Source of the DNA: Squalus acanthias | Taxonomy: Eukaryota | Length of the DNA: 64,000 nucleotides | Direction of reading: 5' to 3' | Assembly: GCA_030390025.1 (NCBI GenBank) | Contig: CM059431.1 | Span: forward strand, 155,994,001-156,058,000 | Shown here: piece after piece, positions 53,326 through 64,000 of the stretch | Layout: each line of letters starts with the position of its first letter | Position numbering within the stretch: the stretch's first letter is position 1 | Notes under the pieces: model-generated | Seen by the model: the letters and a program-made list of their open reading frames with translations, nothing else | What the model was told of the DNA's origin: nothing | Database searches by the model: none | Made by a program: the position numbers and the translations under genes

Positions 53326-56300
53326 TACACAGAGTGATAGAGTACACTGGGCTACACAGAGAGTCAGAGTACCCTGGACTACACAGAGTATCAGAGTACC
53401 TTGGACTACGCAGAGTGTCAGAGAACCGTGGGCTACACAGAGTGACAGAGTACACTGGGCTACACAGAGTGTCAGAGTACCCTGGACTACACAGAGTGTC
53501 AGAGTACCGTGGGCTACACAGAGTATCAGAGTACCCTGGACTACACTGAGTGTAAGAGAACCGTGGGCTACACAGAGTGTCAGAGTACCTTGGACTACAC
53601 AGAGTGTCAGAGTACCGTGGCCTTCACAGAGTGACAGAGCACACTGGGCTACACAGAATGTCGGAGTACCCTGGACTACACAGAGTTTCAGAGTACCGTG
53701 GACTAAACAGAGTGTCAGAGTACCCTGGACTACACAGAGTGTCAGAGTACCGTGGACTAGACAGAGTGTCAGAGTACCGTGGGCTGCACCGAGTGACAGA
53801 GTACCCTGGGCTACACAGAGTGTCAGAGTACATTGTGCTACACAGAGTGACAGAGTGCACTAGGTTACACAGAGTGTCAGAGTATACTGGACTAAACAAC
53901 TGTCAGAGTACCCTGTGCTAAACAGAGTTTCAGAGTACCTTGGTCAACACAGAGTGTCAGAGTACCGTGGGCTACACAGAGTGAAAGAGTACGCTGGGCT
54001 ACTCAGAGTGTCACAGTATACTAGACTACACAGAGTGTCAGAGTAACCTGGACTACACAGAGTGTCAGCGTACCATGAACTACATAGAGAGTCAGACTAC
54101 CCTGGACTACACAAAGTGTCAGAGTACCTTGGAATACACAGAGTGTCAGAGTACCTTGGACTACGCAGAGTGTCAGCGAACCGTGGGCTACACAGAGTGA
54201 CAGAGTGCATTATGCTGCACAGACTGTCAGAGTACCCTGGACTACACAGAGTGTCAGAGTACCGTGGACTACACAGTGTGTCGGAGTACCCTAGACTACA
54301 CAGAGTGTCAGAGTACCCTGTACTACACAGAGTGTCAGAGTACCCTGGACTACACAGAGTATCAGAGTGCCTTGGACTACACAGAGTGTCAGAGTACCGT
54401 GGACTACACAGAGTGTCAGAGTACCGTGTACGACACAGAGTGTAAGAGTACCTTGGACTACACAGAGTGTCAGAGTACCCTGGACTACACAGAGTGTCAG
54501 AGCACCTTGGACTACACAGAGTGTCATTGTACCCTGGACTACACAGAGTGTCAGAGTCCCTTGGACTACACAGAGTGTCAGAGTACAGTGGACGACACAG
54601 AGTGTCAGAGTTCCTTGGACTACGCAGAGTGTCACAGAACCGTGGGCTACACAGATGACAGAGTAAACTGGGCTACACAGATTGTCAGAGTATCCTGGAC
54701 TACACAGAGTGTCTGAGGACCCTGGGCGACACAGAGTGTCAGAGAACCGTAGACTATACAGAGTGTCAGAGTACCCTGGTCTACACAGAGTGTCAGAGTA
54801 CGCTGGACTACACAGAGTGTCAGAGTACCCAGGACTACACAGAGTGACAGCGTCCACTGTGCTACTCAGATTGTCAGAGTATCCTAGACGACACAGAGTG
54901 TCAGAGTACCTTGGACTGGACTGAGTGTCAGAGAACCGTGGACTACACAGAGTGTCAGAGTACCTTGGACTACGCAGAGTGTCAGAGAACCGTGGGCTAC
55001 ACAGAGTGACAGAGTGCTCTAGGCTACACAGAGTGTCAGAGTATCCTGGACTAAACAGAGTGTCAGAGTACCCTGGGCTGCATAGAGTTTCAGAGAACCG
55101 TAGAATACACAGAGTGTTAGAGTACCCTGGTCTGCACAGAGTGTCAGAGAACCGTGGGCTACACAGAGTTTCAGAATACATTGGACTACACAGTGTGTCA
55201 GAGTACGCTGGACTACACAGAGTGTCAGAGTACCCAGGACTACACAGAGTGACAGAGTCCACTGTGCTACACAGATTGTCAGAGTATCCTGGACTACACA
55301 GAGTGTCAGAGAACCGTAGACAACACAGAGTGTTAGAGTACCCTGGTCTACACAGAGTGTCAGAGTTCCTTGGACTGTTCAGAGTGTCAGAGTGCCTTGG
55401 ACTACACAGAGTGTCAGTGTACCGTGGACTTAACAGAGTGTCAGAGTACCCTGGACTACACAGAGTATCAGAGAACCGTGGGCTACACAGAGTGACAGAG
55501 TACACTGGGCTACACAGAGTGTCAGAGTATCCTGGACTACACAGAGTGATAGAGTACACTGGGCTACACAGAGAGTCAGAGTACCCTGGACTACACAGAG
55601 TATCAGAGTACCTTGGACTACGCAGAGTGTCAGAGAACCGTGGGCTACACAGAGTGACAGAGTACACTGGGCTACACAGAGTGTCAGAGTACCCTGGACT
55701 ACACAGAGTGTCAGAGTACCGTGGGCTACACAGAGTATCAGAGTACCCTGGACTACACTGAGTGTAAGAGAACCGTGGGCTACACAGAGTGTCAGAGTAC
55801 CTTGGACTACACAGAGTGTCAGAGTACCGTGGCCTTCACAGAGTGACAGAGCACACTGGGCTACACAGAATGTCGGAGTACCCTGGACTACACAGAGTTT
55901 CAGAGTACCGTGGACTAAACAGAGTGTCAGAGTACCCTGGACTACACAGAGTGTCAGAGTACCGTGGACTAGACAGAGTGTCAGAGTACCGTGGGCTGCA
56001 CCGAGTGACAGAGTACCCTGGGCTACACAGAGTGTCAGAGTACATTGTGCTACACAGAGTGACAGAGTGCACTAGGTTACACAGAGTGTCAGAGTATACT
56101 GGACTAAACAACTGTCAGAGTACCCTGTGCTAAACAGAGTTTCAGAGTACCTTGGTCAACACAGAGTGTCAGAGTACCGTGGGCTACACAGAGTGAAAGA
56201 GTACGCTGGGCTACTCAGAGTGTCACAGTATACTAGACTACACAGAGTGTCAGAGTAACCTGGACTACACAGAGTGTCAGCGTACCATGAACTACATAGA

Positions 56301-57678
56301 GAGTCAGACTACCCTGGACTACACAAAGTGTCAGAGTACCTTGGAATACACAGAGTGTCAGAGTACCTTGGACTACGCAGAGTGTCAGCGAACCGTGGGC
56401 TACACAGAGTGACAGAGTGCATTATGCTGCACAGACTGTCAGAGTACCCTGGACTACACAGAGTGTCAGAGTACCGTGGACTACACAGTGTGTCGGAGTA
56501 CCCTAGACTACACAGAGTGTCAGAGTACCCTGTACTACACAGAGTGTCAGAGTACCCTGGACTACACAGAGTATCAGAGTGCCTTGGACTACACAGAGTG
56601 TCAGAGTACCGTGGACTACACAGAGTGTCAGAGTACCGTGTACGACACAGAGTGTAAGAGTACCTTGGACTACACAGAGTGTCAGAGTACCCTGGACTAC
56701 ACAGAGTGTCAGAGCACCTTGGACTACACAGAGTGTCATTGTACCCTGGACTACACAGAGTGTCAGAGTCCCTTGGACTACACAGAGTGTCAGAGTACAG
56801 TGGACGACACAGAGTGTCAGAGTTCCTTGGACTACGCAGAGTGTCACAGAACCGTGGGCTACACAGATGACAGAGTAAACTGGGCTACACAGATTGTCAG
56901 AGTATCCTGGACTACACAGAGTGTCTGAGGACCCTGGGCGACACAGAGTGTCAGAGAACCGTAGACTATACAGAGTGTCAGAGTACCCTGGTCTACACAG
57001 AGTGTCAGAGTACGCTGGACTACACAGAGTGTCAGAGTACCCAGGACTACACAGAGTGACAGCGTCCACTGTGCTACTCAGATTGTCAGAGTATCCTAGA
57101 CGACACAGAGTGTCAGAGTACCTTGGACTGGACTGAGTGTCAGAGAACCGTGGACTACACAGAGTGTCAGAGTACCTTGGACTACGCAGAGTGTCAGAGA
57201 ACCGTGGGCTACACAGAGTGACAGAGTGCTCTAGGCTACACAGAGTGTCAGAGTATCCTGGACTAAACAGAGTGTCAGAGTACCCTGGGCTGCATAGAGT
57301 TTCAGAGAACCGTAGAATACACAGAGTGTTAGAGTACCCTGGTCTGCACAGAGTGTCAGAGAACCGTGGGCTACACAGAGTTTCAGAATACATTGGACTA
57401 CACAGTGTGTCAGAGTACGCTGGACTACACAGAGTGTCAGAGTACCCAGGACTACACAGAGTGACAGAGTCCACTGTGCTACACAGATTGTCAGAGTATC
57501 CTGGACTACACAGAGTGTCAGAGAACCGTAGACAACACAGAGTGTTAGAGTACCCTGGTCTACACAGAGTGTCAGAGTTCCTTGGACTGTTCAGAGTGTC
57601 AGAGTGCCTTGGACTACACAGAGTGTCAGTGTACCGTGGACTTAACAGAGTGTCAGAGTACCCTGGACTACACAGAGT
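53257..57678 (+). repeat. Near-identical tandem higher-order duplication, period 2212 bp (82 monomers minus 2 bp)
   Basis: Identical ORF pairs 53577/55789, 54062/56274, 54264/56476 and 54682/56894. Both copies carry the 25-bp monomer ACAGATGACAG. Confidence 0.93.
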
Positions 57679-60600
57679 GTCAGAGTACCGTGGGCTACAC
57701 AGAGTGTCAGAGTACCTTGGTCTACACGCAGTGTCAGAGTACCTTGGGCTACACAGAGTGTCAGAGTACCTTGGACTAAAAAGAGTGTCAGAGTACCGTG
57801 GGCTATACAGAGTGACAGAGAACACTGGACTACACGGAGTGTCAGATTACGTTGGACTACACAGAGTGTCAAAGTACCGTGTACTACACAGAGTGTCAGA
57901 GTACCTTGGACTACACAGAGTGACAGAGTACACTGGGCTACACAGCGTGTCAGAGTACATTGAGCTACACAGAGTGTCAGAGTACCCTGGACTGCACAGA
58001 GTGTCAGAGTACCTGGACTGCACAGAGTGTCAGAGTACCTTGGACTACACAGAGTGTCAGAGTACCTGGACTACTCAGAGTATCAGAGTACCTTGGACTA
58101 CGCAGAGTGTCAGCGAACCGTGGGCTACACAGAGTGACAGAGTACACTGGGCTACACAGAGTGTCAGAGTACCCTGGACTACATAGAGTGTCAGAGTACC
58201 GTGGGCTACACAGAGTATCAGAGTACCCTGGACTACACAGAGTTTCTGAGTACCGTGGACGACACAGAGTGTCAGAGTATCCTGGATTACACAGAGTGTC
58301 AGAGGACCCTGGGCGACACAGAGTGTCAGAGAACCGTGGGCTACACAGAGTGTCAGAATACATTGGACTGCATAGAGTGTCAGAGTACGCTGGGCTACAC
58401 AGAGTGTCAGAGTACCCAGGACTACACAGAGTGACAGAGTCCACTGTGCTACTCAGATTGTCAGAGTATCCTGGACGACACAGAGTGTCAGAGTACCTTG
58501 GACTGGACTGAGTGTCAGAGAACCGTGGACTACACAGAGTGTCAGAGTACCTTGGACTACGCAGAGTGTCAGAAAACCGTGGGATACACAGAGTGACAGA
58601 GTGCTCTAGGCTACACAGAGTGTCAGAGTATCCTGGACTAAACAGAGTGTCAGAGTACCCTGGGCTGCACAGAGTGTCAGAGAACCGTAGAATACACAGA
58701 GTATTAGAGTACCCTGGTCTACACAGAGTGTCAGAGAACCGTGGGCTACACAGAGTGTCAGAGTACCTTGGACTACACAGAGTGTCAGAGTACCGTGGGC
58801 TTCACAGAGTGACAGAGTACACTGGGCTACACAGAATGTCGGAGTACCCTGGACTACACAGAGTTTCAGAGTATCGTGGACTAAACAGAGTGTCAGAGTA
58901 CCCTGGACTACACAGAGTATCAGAGTACCGTGGGCTACACAGAGTGTCAGAGTACCTTGGACTACACAGAGTGTCAGAGCACCGTGGGCTGCACCGAGTG
59001 ACAGAGTACCATGGACTACACAGAGTGTCAGATTACCTTGTGCTACACAGAGTGACAGAGTGCACTAGGTTACACAGAGTGTCAGAGTATACTGGACTAA
59101 ACAGAGTGTCAGAGTACCCTGTGCTAAACACAGTGTCAGAGTACCTTGGTCAACACAGAGTGTCAGGGTACCGTGGGCTACACAGAGTGACAGAGTACTC
59201 TGGGCTACTCAGAGTGTCACAGTATACTATACTACACAGAGTGTCAGAGTAACCTGTACTACACAGAGTGTCAGAGTACCCTGGACTACACAGAGTATCA
59301 GAGTGCCTTGGACTACACAGAGTGTCAGAGTACCGCCAACTACACAGAGTGTCAGAGTACCCTGGACCACACAGAGTGTCAGAGTACCGCCAACTACACA
59401 GAGTGTCAGAGTACCGTGGACTACACAGAGTGTCAGAGTACCGTGGGCTACACAGAATATCAGAGTACCCTGGACTACACAGAGTGTCAGAGAACCGTGG
59501 GCTACACAGAGTGTCAGAGTACCGTGGGCTTCACAGAGTGACAGAGTACACTGGGCTACACAGAATGTCGGAGTACCCTGGACTACACAGAGTTTCAGAG
59601 TATCGTGGACTAAACAGAGTATCAGAGTACCCTGGACGACACAGAGTGTCAGAGTACCGTGGGCTACACAGAGTGTCAGAGTACCTTGGACTACACAGAG
59701 TGTCAGAGCACCGTGGGCTGCACCGAGTGACAGAGTACCATGGACTACACAGAGTGTCAGATTACCTTGGAATACGCAGAGTTCCAGTGTACCCTGGACT
59801 AAACAGAATGTTAGAGTACCATGGGCTACACAGAGTGTCATTGTACCGTGAGCTACACAGAGTGTCAGAGTACCCTGTGCTAAACAGAGTGTCAGAGTAC
59901 CTTGGTCAACACAGAGTGTCAGAGTACCGTGGGCTACACAGAGTGACAGAGTACTCTGGGCTACTCAGAGTGTCACAGTATACTAGACTACACAGAGTGA
60001 CAGAGTAACCTGGAGTACACAGAGTGTCAGCGTACCATGAACTACACAGAGTGTCAGAGTACCGTGGACTACACAGAGTGTCAGAGTACCCTGTACTTCA
60101 CAGAGTGCCAGAGTACCCTGGACTGCACAGAGTGTCAGAGTAACCTGGACTACACAGAGTGTCAGCGTACCATGGACTGCACAGAGTGTCAGACTACCCT
60201 GGACTGCACACAGTGTCAGAGTACCTTGGACGACACAGAGTGTCAGAGTACCGTGGGCTGCACAGAGTGACAGAGTACACTGGGCTACACAGAGTGTCAG
60301 AGTAACCTGGACTACAAAGAGTGTCAGCGTACCATGGACTACACAGAGTGTCAGACTACCCTGGACTACACAGTGTGTCAGAGTACCTTGGACTACACAG
60401 AGTGTCAGAGTAACCTGGACGACACAGAGTGTCAGAGTACCGTTGACTACAAAGAGTGTCAGAGGACCTTGGAGTAAACAGTCTGTCAGAGTTCCGTGGG
60501 CTACACAAAGTGACAGAGTACACTGGGCTACACAGGGTGTCAGAGCAACCTGGACTAAACAGAATGTCAGAGAACCGTGGACTACACAGAGTGCCAGAGT

Positions 60601-63600
60601 ACCTTGGACTACGCAGATTGTCAGAGAACCGTGGGCTACACAGAGTGTCAGAGTACCCTGGACTACACAGAGTGTCAGAGTACCCTGGACTACACAGAGT
60701 CTCAGTGTACCTTGGACTACACAGAGTGTCAGAGTACCGTGTGCTACACAGAGTCTCAGAGTGCCTTGGACTACACAGAGTGTCAGAGTAACCTGGACTA
60801 CACAGAGTGTCAGCGTACCAGGGACTACACAGAGTGTCAAACCACCCTGGACTAGACACAGTTTCAGAGTACCTTGGACTACACAGAGTGTCAGAGAACC
60901 GTGGACTAAACAGATTGTCAGAGTACCTTGGACTACGCAGAGTGTCAGCGAACCGTGGGCTGCACAGAGTGACAGAGTGCACTCGGCTACACAGAGTGTC
61001 AGAGTATCCTGGACTACACAGAGTGATAGAGTACCCTGGACTACACAGTGTGTCAAAGTACCCTGGACTACACAGAGTTTCAGAGTACCGTGGACTAAAC
61101 AGAGTGTCAGAGTACCGTGGGCTACACAGAGTGTCAGAGTACCTTGTGCTACACAGAGTGACAGAGTGCACTAGGTTACACAGAGTGTCAGAGTATCCTG
61201 GACTAAACAGAGTGCCAGAGTACCCTGTGCTAAACAGAGTGTCAGAGTACCTTGGTCAACACAGAGTGTCAGAGTAACGTGGACTGCACAGAGTGTCAGA
61301 GTACCCTGGACTACACAGAGTGTCAGAGTACCCTGTACTACACAGAGTGTCAGAGTACCGTGGACTACACACGGTGTCAGAGTACCGTGGACGACACAGA
61401 GTGTCAGAGTAGCCTGGACTACACAGAGTGTCAGAGTACCGTGGGCTACACAGAGTGTCAGAGTACCTTGGACTACACCGAGTGTCAGAGTACCTTGGAC
61501 TACACAGAGTGTCAGAGTACCGTTTACTACAAAGAGTGTCAGAGGACCTTGGACTAAACAGAGTTTTAGAGTACCATGGACTACACAGAGTGTCAGAGTA
61601 CCTTGGACTACGCAGAGTGTCAGAGAACCCTGGACTACACAGAGTGTCAGAGTACCTTGGACTACACAGAGTGTCAGTGTACCCTGTACTTCACAGAGTG
61701 TCAGAGTACCCTGGACTACACAGTGTATCAAAGTACCGTGGGATACACAGAGTGACAGAGTACACTGGGCTACACAGAGTGTCAGAGTACCCTGGACTAC
61801 ACAGAGTGTCAGAGTACCTTGGACTAAACAGAGTGTCAGAGAACCGTGGACTACACAGAGTGTCAGAGTACCTTGGACGACGCAGATTGTCACAGAACCG
61901 TGGGCTACACACAGTGTCAGAGTACCCTGAACTACACAGAGTGTCAGAGTACCCTGGACTACACAGAGTCTCAGAGTACCTTGGACTACACAGAGTGTCA
62001 GAGTACCGTGTGCTACACAGAGTGTCAGAGTACCGTGTGCTAAACAGAGTCTCAGAGTGCCTTGGACTACACAGAGTGTCAGAGTAACCTGGACTACACA
62101 GATAGTCAGCGTACCAGGGACTACATAGAGTGTCAGACCACCCTGGACTAGACACAGTTTCAGAGTACCTTGGACTACACAGAGTGTCAGAGAACCGTGG
62201 ACTGCACAGATTGTCAGAGTACCTTGGACTACGCAGAGTGTCAGCGAACTGTGGGCTGCACAGAGTGACAGAGTGCACTCGGCTGCACAGAGTGTCAGAG
62301 TATCCTGGACTACACAGTGTGTCAGCGAACCGTGGGCTACACAGAGTGACAGAGTGCATTATGCTGCACAGAGTTTCAGAGTATCCTGGACTACACAGAA
62401 TGTCAGAGTATCCTGGACTACACAGAGTGATAGAGTACGCTGGGCTACACAGAGTGTTAGAGTACCCTGTGCTACACAGAGTATCACATTACCTTGGACT
62501 ACGCAGAGTTTCAGAGAACCGTGGGCTACACAGAGTGTCAGAGAACCGTAGACAACACAGAGTGTTAGAGTACCCTGGTCTACACAGAGTGTCAGAGTAC
62601 CTTGGACTGCTCAGAGTGTCAGAGTGCCTTGGACTACACAGAGTGTCAGTGTACCGTGCACTAAACAGAGTGTCAGAGTACCCTGGACTACACAGAGTGT
62701 CAGAGTACCTTGGTCCACACGCAGTGTCAGAGCAACTTGGACTAAAAAGAGTGATAGAGAACACTGTACTACACTGAGTGTCAGATTACCTTGGACTGCA
62801 CAGAGTGTCAGAGTACCGTGTACTACACAGAGTGTCAGAGTACCTTGGACTACACAGAGTGTCGGAGTACCGTGGGCTAAACAGAGTGTCAGAGAACCGT
62901 AGACAACACAGAGTGTTAGAGTACCCTGGTCTACACAGAGTGTCAGAGTACCTTGGACTGCTCAGAGTGTCAGAGTGCCTTGGACTACACAGAGTGTCAG
63001 TGTACCGTGGACTAAACAGAGTGTTAGAGTACCCTGGACTACACAGAGTGTCAGAGTACCCTGGACTACACAGAGTGTCAGAGTACCCTGGACTACACAG
63101 AGTGTCAGAGAACCGTAGACTACACAGAGTGTTAGAGTACCCTGGTCTAAACACAGTGTCAGAGAACCGTGGGCTACACAGAGTGTCAGAATACATTGGA
63201 CTACATAGAGTGTCAGAGTACGCTGGACTACACAGAGTTTCAGAGGACCCAGGACTACACAGAGTGACAGAGTCCACTGTGCTACACAGATTGTCAGAGT
63301 ATCCTGGACTACACAGAGTGTCAGAGTACCTTGGACTGGACTGAGTGTCAGAGAACCGTGGACTACACAGAGTGTCAGAGTACCTTGGACTACGCAGAGT
63401 GTCAGAGAACCCTGGGCTACACAGAGTGTCAGAGTACCTTGGACTACACAGAGTGTCAGTGTACCCTGTACTTCACAGAGTGCCAGAGTACCCTGGACTA
63501 CACAGAGTGTCAGAGTACCCTGGACTACACAGAGTCTCAGAGTACCTTGGACTACACAGAGTGACAGAGTGCACTGTGCTACTCAGAGTGTCACAATATT

Positions 63601-64000
63601 CTGGACTACACAGAGTGTCAGTGTACCCTGGACTGCACAGAGTGTCAGAGTAACCTGGACTACACAGAGTGTCAGCGTACCATGGACTGCACAGAGTGTC
63701 AGACTACCCTGGACTGCACACAGTGTCAGAGTACCTTGGACGACACAGAGTGTCAGAGTACCGTGGGCTGCACAGAGTGACAGAGTACACTGGGCTACAC
63801 AGAGTGTCAGGGTAACCTGGACTACAAAGAGTGTCAGCGTACCATGGACTACACAGAGTGTCAGACTACCCTGGACTACACAGTGTGTCAGAGTACCTTG
63901 GACTACACAGAGTGTCAGAGTAACCTGGACGACACAGAGTGTCAGAGTACCGTTGACTACAAAGAGTGTCAGAGGACCTTGGAGTAAACAGTCTGTCAGA

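Larger units (their letters stand above)
13224..64000 (+). repeat. 27-bp tandem satellite array (right arm), same monomer and orientation
   Basis: The same monomer resumes at CTACACAGAGTGTCAGAGTATCCTAGTC directly after the insertion. It continues to the right window edge with no inversion or foreign sequence that I could see. Confidence 0.99.

Noticed and set aside
1..64000. CRISPR-like array (repeat length of 27 bp is in the CRISPR range)
   Set aside because: Monomers are head-to-tail with no unique spacers, no leader and no cas genes. The variable part is only a few bases with a small set of recurring states.

Overview
About 99.5% of this window is a single-orientation tandem array of a 27-bp satellite (consensus GGACTACACAGAGTGTCAGAGTACCYT, ~50% GC, roughly 2,350 monomers). 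The array is organised into nested, overlapping higher-order duplications with periods of about 0.46, 0.73, 1.08, 1.38, 2.05, 2.21, 2.5-2.6, 4.9 and 5.0 kb. The ORF track is an artefact: a 27-bp (9-codon) unit that is stop-free in five of six frames. The only non-satellite DNA I found is a 341-bp insertion (12883-13223) flanked by an exact 11-bp target-site duplication (CTACACAGAGT). Its empty site is visible in four sister copies of the same satellite block. On the minus strand the insertion carries a TATA-like box, a minimal type I hammerhead ribozyme motif (UCAC-CUGAGGA-A-GGAGC-GAUA-GUUCC-GAAA-GC-UU-GUGA) and AATAAA. At its right end a short 'tail' appears to lie in the opposite orientation. 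This architecture fits a truncated, inverted pseudo-LTR of a Penelope-like retroelement. The sequence is eukaryotic. From memory the insert resembles repeats of cartilaginous fish genomes, but I could not verify that. No protein-coding genes, tRNA/rRNA genes or CRISPR arrays are supported.
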